DNA of 64,000 nt from Candidatus Hadarchaeota archaeon (GTDB taxonomy: Archaea > Hadarchaeota > Hadarchaeia > Hadarchaeales > JAGGTB01), in the NCBI GenBank assembly GCA_964384105.1, contig CAYLJV010000003.1, positions 150,307-214,306 on the forward strand, in the 5' to 3' direction. This document shows, piece by piece, positions 60,544 through 64,000 of the stretch (within the stretch, counting starts at the first letter, position 1; the number at the start of each line of letters is the position of its first letter). The notes under the pieces are model-generated. The model saw only the letters and a program-made list of their open reading frames with translations, did no database searches and was not told the DNA's origin. The position numbers and the translations under genes were made by a program.

Positions 60544-61218
60544 TTATATTATCTCATATTCCTCTTCAAAGAACTGGATCGCGTGATTTACTATTGTTAC
60601 CGCATCTAATGTTTCAGGATACAAACTGATAATCTCGTCCGAGAATTTTTCAACATCAGATAGGAAATCTCCATGCGGAAATCCTCCTACTATAACTAAA
60701 ACGTCATCTTGGGGTTTATTCTCTTTCAGGAATTTGTTTCTTTCCAGATCTTTTCCTTTTTCCGAAAAAATTATAGTTCTATCCGGTTTTATTCCGCTTA
60801 CTATCTCTTCGAGATTTTTTGATTCCATTTTGATTAGTGGATCTTTTGGTGGGACTTGTTTAGTTAGAAAGAGTTGTTCCATCAGACCGATGAATCGATT
60901 GTAGGACCGTGGAATACGTGTTTCTGGATTGATTTGGATTGTCTTATCGTGCCGTGTGTGAATATGGAATCTAAGTAGACCTTCTCGATTCAGAGGACTA
61001 TCGAGCGAGGTTAACAGACAGACGTGAGCTATATCCGGCCGCCCTCTCCGCTCGGAATCTTTAATTTTTCTCATCGGTTTATAGTAGTAGTTTGAGTCCA
61101 ATATGAGTTCGGTGGCTTTTCTTCCCCTTTTTTGAGCTCGCCTTTTGATATTTTTGTCAGATGATATTTTCTTAGGAACTGTTTCCAATTCGGTATCTGC
61201 CAGAATCATATGTAACAA
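60544..61218 (-). CDS. nep1: 16S rRNA pseudouridine N1-methyltransferase Nep1/Emg1
   Basis: RGRPDIAH, DSPLN, RIPRSYNRFIGLMEQL, VGGFPHGDF. Confidence 0.95.
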   Translation of the reverse strand: MLHMILADTELETVPKKISSDKNIKRRAQKRGRKATELILDSNYYYKPMRKIKDSERRGRPDIAHVCLLTSLDSPLNREGLLRFHIHTRHDKTIQINPETRIPRSYNRFIGLMEQLFLTKQVPPKDPLIKMESKNLEEIVSGIKPDRTIIFSEKGKDLERNKFLKENKPQDDVLVIVGGFPHGDFLSDVEKFSDEIISLYPETLDAVTIVNHAIQFFEEEYEII

Positions 61219-61305
61219 TTTTACCACCAGATCTTTTGCGAAGCCGATGCTTTTAACGGGTTGGGAGTTGAAAGGGTAATAATAGGATAAGGAGGATTGA
61301 ATCTT

Positions 61306-61986
61306 ATGTTTATACCTCTTAAGGATGAAAATCCTACCAAAAGAAAACCTATTCTGACCATTGCATTAATAATATTCAACGTAGCTATTTTTGTATTCAC
61401 TTATTTTTCAGGTTCTTACGCTTATTTCATAGAAACTTATGGGATGGTGCCCAGGGAGATTGCATCGGGACGTGAGATTTCAACTATTTTCACTTCTATG
61501 TTTCTTCATGGGGGATTTATTCATTTGATAGGAAACGTCTGGTTTTTGTGGATATTTGGAGACAATATAGAAGACTTGTTCGGAAGAGCTCAATTTCTCT
61601 TTGTATATTTTGGTTCGGGTGTTGTGGCTAGCCTTGCTCACGTTGCACTCAATCCGAGTTCCCCGATCGTTACCATTGGGGCTTCGGGAGCTATATCTGG
61701 AATACTCGGGGCATATATAGTAAAATATCCTCGGGCAAAGGTGGTGACCTTTTTGTTCATATTTCTCTTTATACAGATAGTCAAAATTCCATCTTTCATA
61801 TTTTTAGGCCTTTGGATAGGGATTCAGTTAATTACTGCTTCTTTCACTACGGTGGCTGGTATCCAGGTCTCTGTTGCTTATTGGGCTCATATCGGAGGTT
61901 TTGCAGCAGGAGCTCTTTTTGCTCTAGTATTGAAAGAAAAAATAAAAAAATCTAGAAAAGAAATCACAAGGAAATACTTCAAATGA
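61306..61986 (+). CDS. Rhomboid intramembrane serine protease
   Basis: FIPLKDENP, SMFLHGGFIHLIGN, GASGA, AYWAHIGGF. Confidence 0.95.
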   Translation: MFIPLKDENPTKRKPILTIALIIFNVAIFVFTYFSGSYAYFIETYGMVPREIASGREISTIFTSMFLHGGFIHLIGNVWFLWIFGDNIEDLFGRAQFLFVYFGSGVVASLAHVALNPSSPIVTIGASGAISGILGAYIVKYPRAKVVTFLFIFLFIQIVKIPSFIFLGLWIGIQLITASFTTVAGIQVSVAYWAHIGGFAAGALFALVLKEKIKKSRKEITRKYFK

Positions 61987-62086
61987 GTCAATAAATTTGT
62001 TCCCATTATCAAATAAGAGCTTTAAACAACCTATTTTTTGACCTAAGACATTTTTTAATAATAAATTACAATTTGAATGGAGAAGC

Positions 62087-62623
62087 ATGAAAAAAAGTAT
62101 TCTTAGTATCGTTCTAATACTTCTGTCAATCGGCCTTTGGATTGGTCCGATAGTTACGGCCTTTAGTACTCATGATTGGGATTTTGTAAATACAGTAGCT
62201 CCAAGTCAGAATCAGTTGGATGACGTCAGAAATCGTTTTGATGACCTTGTTGACGAAAATTTTTCTCAGGATACTTTCCAGATTTCGGAGTCGAGCGTTG
62301 ATGGATCAGGTTTTTCGCTTACGGTTGTCTTTACATCGCCGTTTGGATTTTCATTAACGATCGAGGAGTTTAAAGCGGTTTTATCTGAAGGGAATACAGA
62401 GCTTGGCTCTATAGAACTGCTTGAAGAGGTTAAGATTGGTCCAAGAGAAAAGGAGACTATTCGTTTTTCAGGTTCACTGACAGAAGAAGGTAAGTTGCAG
62501 GTTCAAAATGGTGAAATTCCCGAGACTGCGGAGATTAGTGAGGGAACTTTGAAGCTATCTGCAGCTGGAGTAACTGTTGAAGTTGATTTGGAAAGGATTA
62601 GCGAGGGGAATGAAATATTTTGA
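62087..62623 (+). CDS. Secreted/membrane-anchored hypothetical protein (beta-sandwich, LEA_2-like?)
   Basis: N-terminal signal/TM followed by an acidic beta-rich domain. Confidence 0.7.
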   Translation: MKKSILSIVLILLSIGLWIGPIVTAFSTHDWDFVNTVAPSQNQLDDVRNRFDDLVDENFSQDTFQISESSVDGSGFSLTVVFTSPFGFSLTIEEFKAVLSEGNTELGSIELLEEVKIGPREKETIRFSGSLTEEGKLQVQNGEIPETAEISEGTLKLSAAGVTVEVDLERISEGNEIF

Positions 62624-62634
62624 GGTGATTCTTC

Positions 62635-63363
62635 TTGAAAAGAAATGAATCGAGTAAATTATTGGATAGAATAAATTGGATTGGATTAGTTGCGGGAGCT
62701 TTAATGCTGATATTGCCTTTTATGGGGGCTTGGTGGAATGTTGCTGTAGGTGAGGGAATTTTAAAGATAGCTTTTTCGCCTTTTTACTACGAAGTCGGAG
62801 TCATCGGAGAAACACTCACTTCATCTCTCGTGGATTACTTGATAATAGCTGCGAAATTGACGGTTTTGGCAGGGGGAGTTCTCCTGATAATCGGTTCTTT
62901 CAAGGCTAGGGAATGGTGGGGCGAAAAACTGGTAAAATGGGGAGCTCTTAAAGTGGTTTGGATGCTAATTTTCTTGATAATTATTACGGTATTGGGAGCG
63001 TTTTTAACGAACAGGTTCGTTCCTTCATTGCTTGGTGACTTCGTCGAGGGTAGTTTTTCGATGGAATTAAGTTTGCCATATTTAGTGGGAACTGGATACG
63101 TTGATTTTTTGATAGAAGAGGCCTTAAGAGTCTCTGCGCCAGTGTCTCTGTCATTTACTTCCACTTTCTGGCTTGCGGTTCTTACAGCGGGACTCGGCAT
63201 AGGGTCCAGGATTTACCAAAGCAAGAGAATTGATGTCTTGGAAGACTCTGAAGATGTATCACACTCTATGAAAAATGAAAATAAAGAAAAAATTTCCGAA
63301 TCGATGGTTGAAGAAGAGAAAGAGACCGATATGAAGGAAATTAGCGAAAATACAGAAGAATAG
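62635..63363 (+). CDS. Multi-pass membrane hypothetical protein with acidic tail
   Basis: About 4 TM segments; SD GAGGTGAT with TTG start; likely co-transcribed with the previous gene. Confidence 0.7.
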   Translation: MKRNESSKLLDRINWIGLVAGALMLILPFMGAWWNVAVGEGILKIAFSPFYYEVGVIGETLTSSLVDYLIIAAKLTVLAGGVLLIIGSFKAREWWGEKLVKWGALKVVWMLIFLIIITVLGAFLTNRFVPSLLGDFVEGSFSMELSLPYLVGTGYVDFLIEEALRVSAPVSLSFTSTFWLAVLTAGLGIGSRIYQSKRIDVLEDSEDVSHSMKNENKEKISESMVEEEKETDMKEISENTEE

Positions 63364-63399
63364 ATCGATGGTTTTTAAAAGAACTCAGTTTTGGGAGTT

Positions 63400-63891
63400 C
63401 TAATCGCATATTTTCCTTACTAGACTTGCGACTTCTCGACCGTAGTTTCTGCATTGCTCTAGTTCTTTCTTGTCAGGTTTGCCGATAACTACAGGTCCGT
63501 AATGATCGTAGTTTCCTTTTGAAATGCCTTTAATTATCATACCGTGAATCAGGAGAGCTTCTAATATTGCCATAATTGTTGTCTCGTTGCCTCCTGCGAT
63601 ATTTTCACTGGATGTAAAAGCGCCACCCACCATACCGTCTAACTTTTCGTGATATTTTATACTCTTATCAAGGAATTCCTTTATCTCTGCGGAAGGTAAT
63701 CCGTAATAAGTTGGGGACCCTAGAATAAGTCCATCAAATTCGGGGAGTGAATCAATATCTACTTCACTTATTTTTTTAATTACAAGGTCTACATCGGTTT
63801 TTTCTATACCTTTTGCTATCTCTTTGGCCATCTTTTCTGTGGTACCTGATTTTGAATAATAACTCAGTAGTATTCTTGGAATTTTGTTCAC
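63400..63891 (-). CDS. Flavodoxin / WrbA-like NAD(P)H-dependent oxidoreductase
   Basis: YYSKSGTTEKMA, LGSPTYYG, GGAFTSS, GGNETT; the true start may be ATT at 63882. Confidence 0.9.
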   Translation of the reverse strand: MNKIPRILLSYYSKSGTTEKMAKEIAKGIEKTDVDLVIKKISEVDIDSLPEFDGLILGSPTYYGLPSAEIKEFLDKSIKYHEKLDGMVGGAFTSSENIAGGNETTIMAILEALLIHGMIIKGISKGNYDHYGPVVIGKPDKKELEQCRNYGREVASLVRKICD

Positions 63892-64000
63892 CTCCCTTTT
63901 CTCAGTTGTATTTTATTAAGAAAGTAGTTTAATTTTTTGATCGTTCTGCTGTGTTGCGTAAAGGCTATATTTCTCTTGTCGGATAGGTATGTTTAGTTTT

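Overview
This is an AT-rich archaeal chromosomal segment made almost entirely of conserved informational and core-metabolic gene clusters. No CRISPR array, rRNA, transposase, integrase or provirus is visible. Gene content (SepRS, GatCAB, Glu/Lys-rich proteins with acidic tails, class I GAPDH) suggests a euryarchaeote of the MSBL1/Hadarchaeota type, which is an inference only. The blocks are: (i) the exosome/proteasome superoperon (rpl15e..pfdB) running on into DHH-taw1-HTH-translin-sepS-MBL/rhodanese; (ii) ychF-glmU-glmM-rps3ae-serS-rps15-rdgB-bud32-kae1; (iii) an inverted rpoE-spt4-DUF359-rps24e-rps27ae block; (iv) hppA and eif2g-rps6e-infB-rpl24e-rps28e-rpl7ae-gltX, then the isoprenoid cluster, rps2 and eno; (v) thermosome-hsp20-orphan and tRNA-Pro(GGG); (vi) nfi, eif5a, mdh, pgk, gap and gatCAB; (vii) ftsY..rps19e, rnp4, nep1 and membrane genes. 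Two short genes missing from the ORF track (rpoP, rpl39e) and one tRNA were read directly from the sequence. The most notable observations are apparent near-cognate start codons (ATA, ATT, possibly CTG); a small membrane gene beside the tRNA with two Zur-box-like operators; a G.U-rich leader hairpin upstream of an orphan gene in the heat-shock cluster; seven zero-gap in-frame stop-ATG junctions; S24e fused to an extra domain; a bacterial-type GAPDH with NADP signatures; an RNase J lacking its bridging Asp; and a high-GC patch inside the thermosome gene. None of these is established as a new system without external checks.
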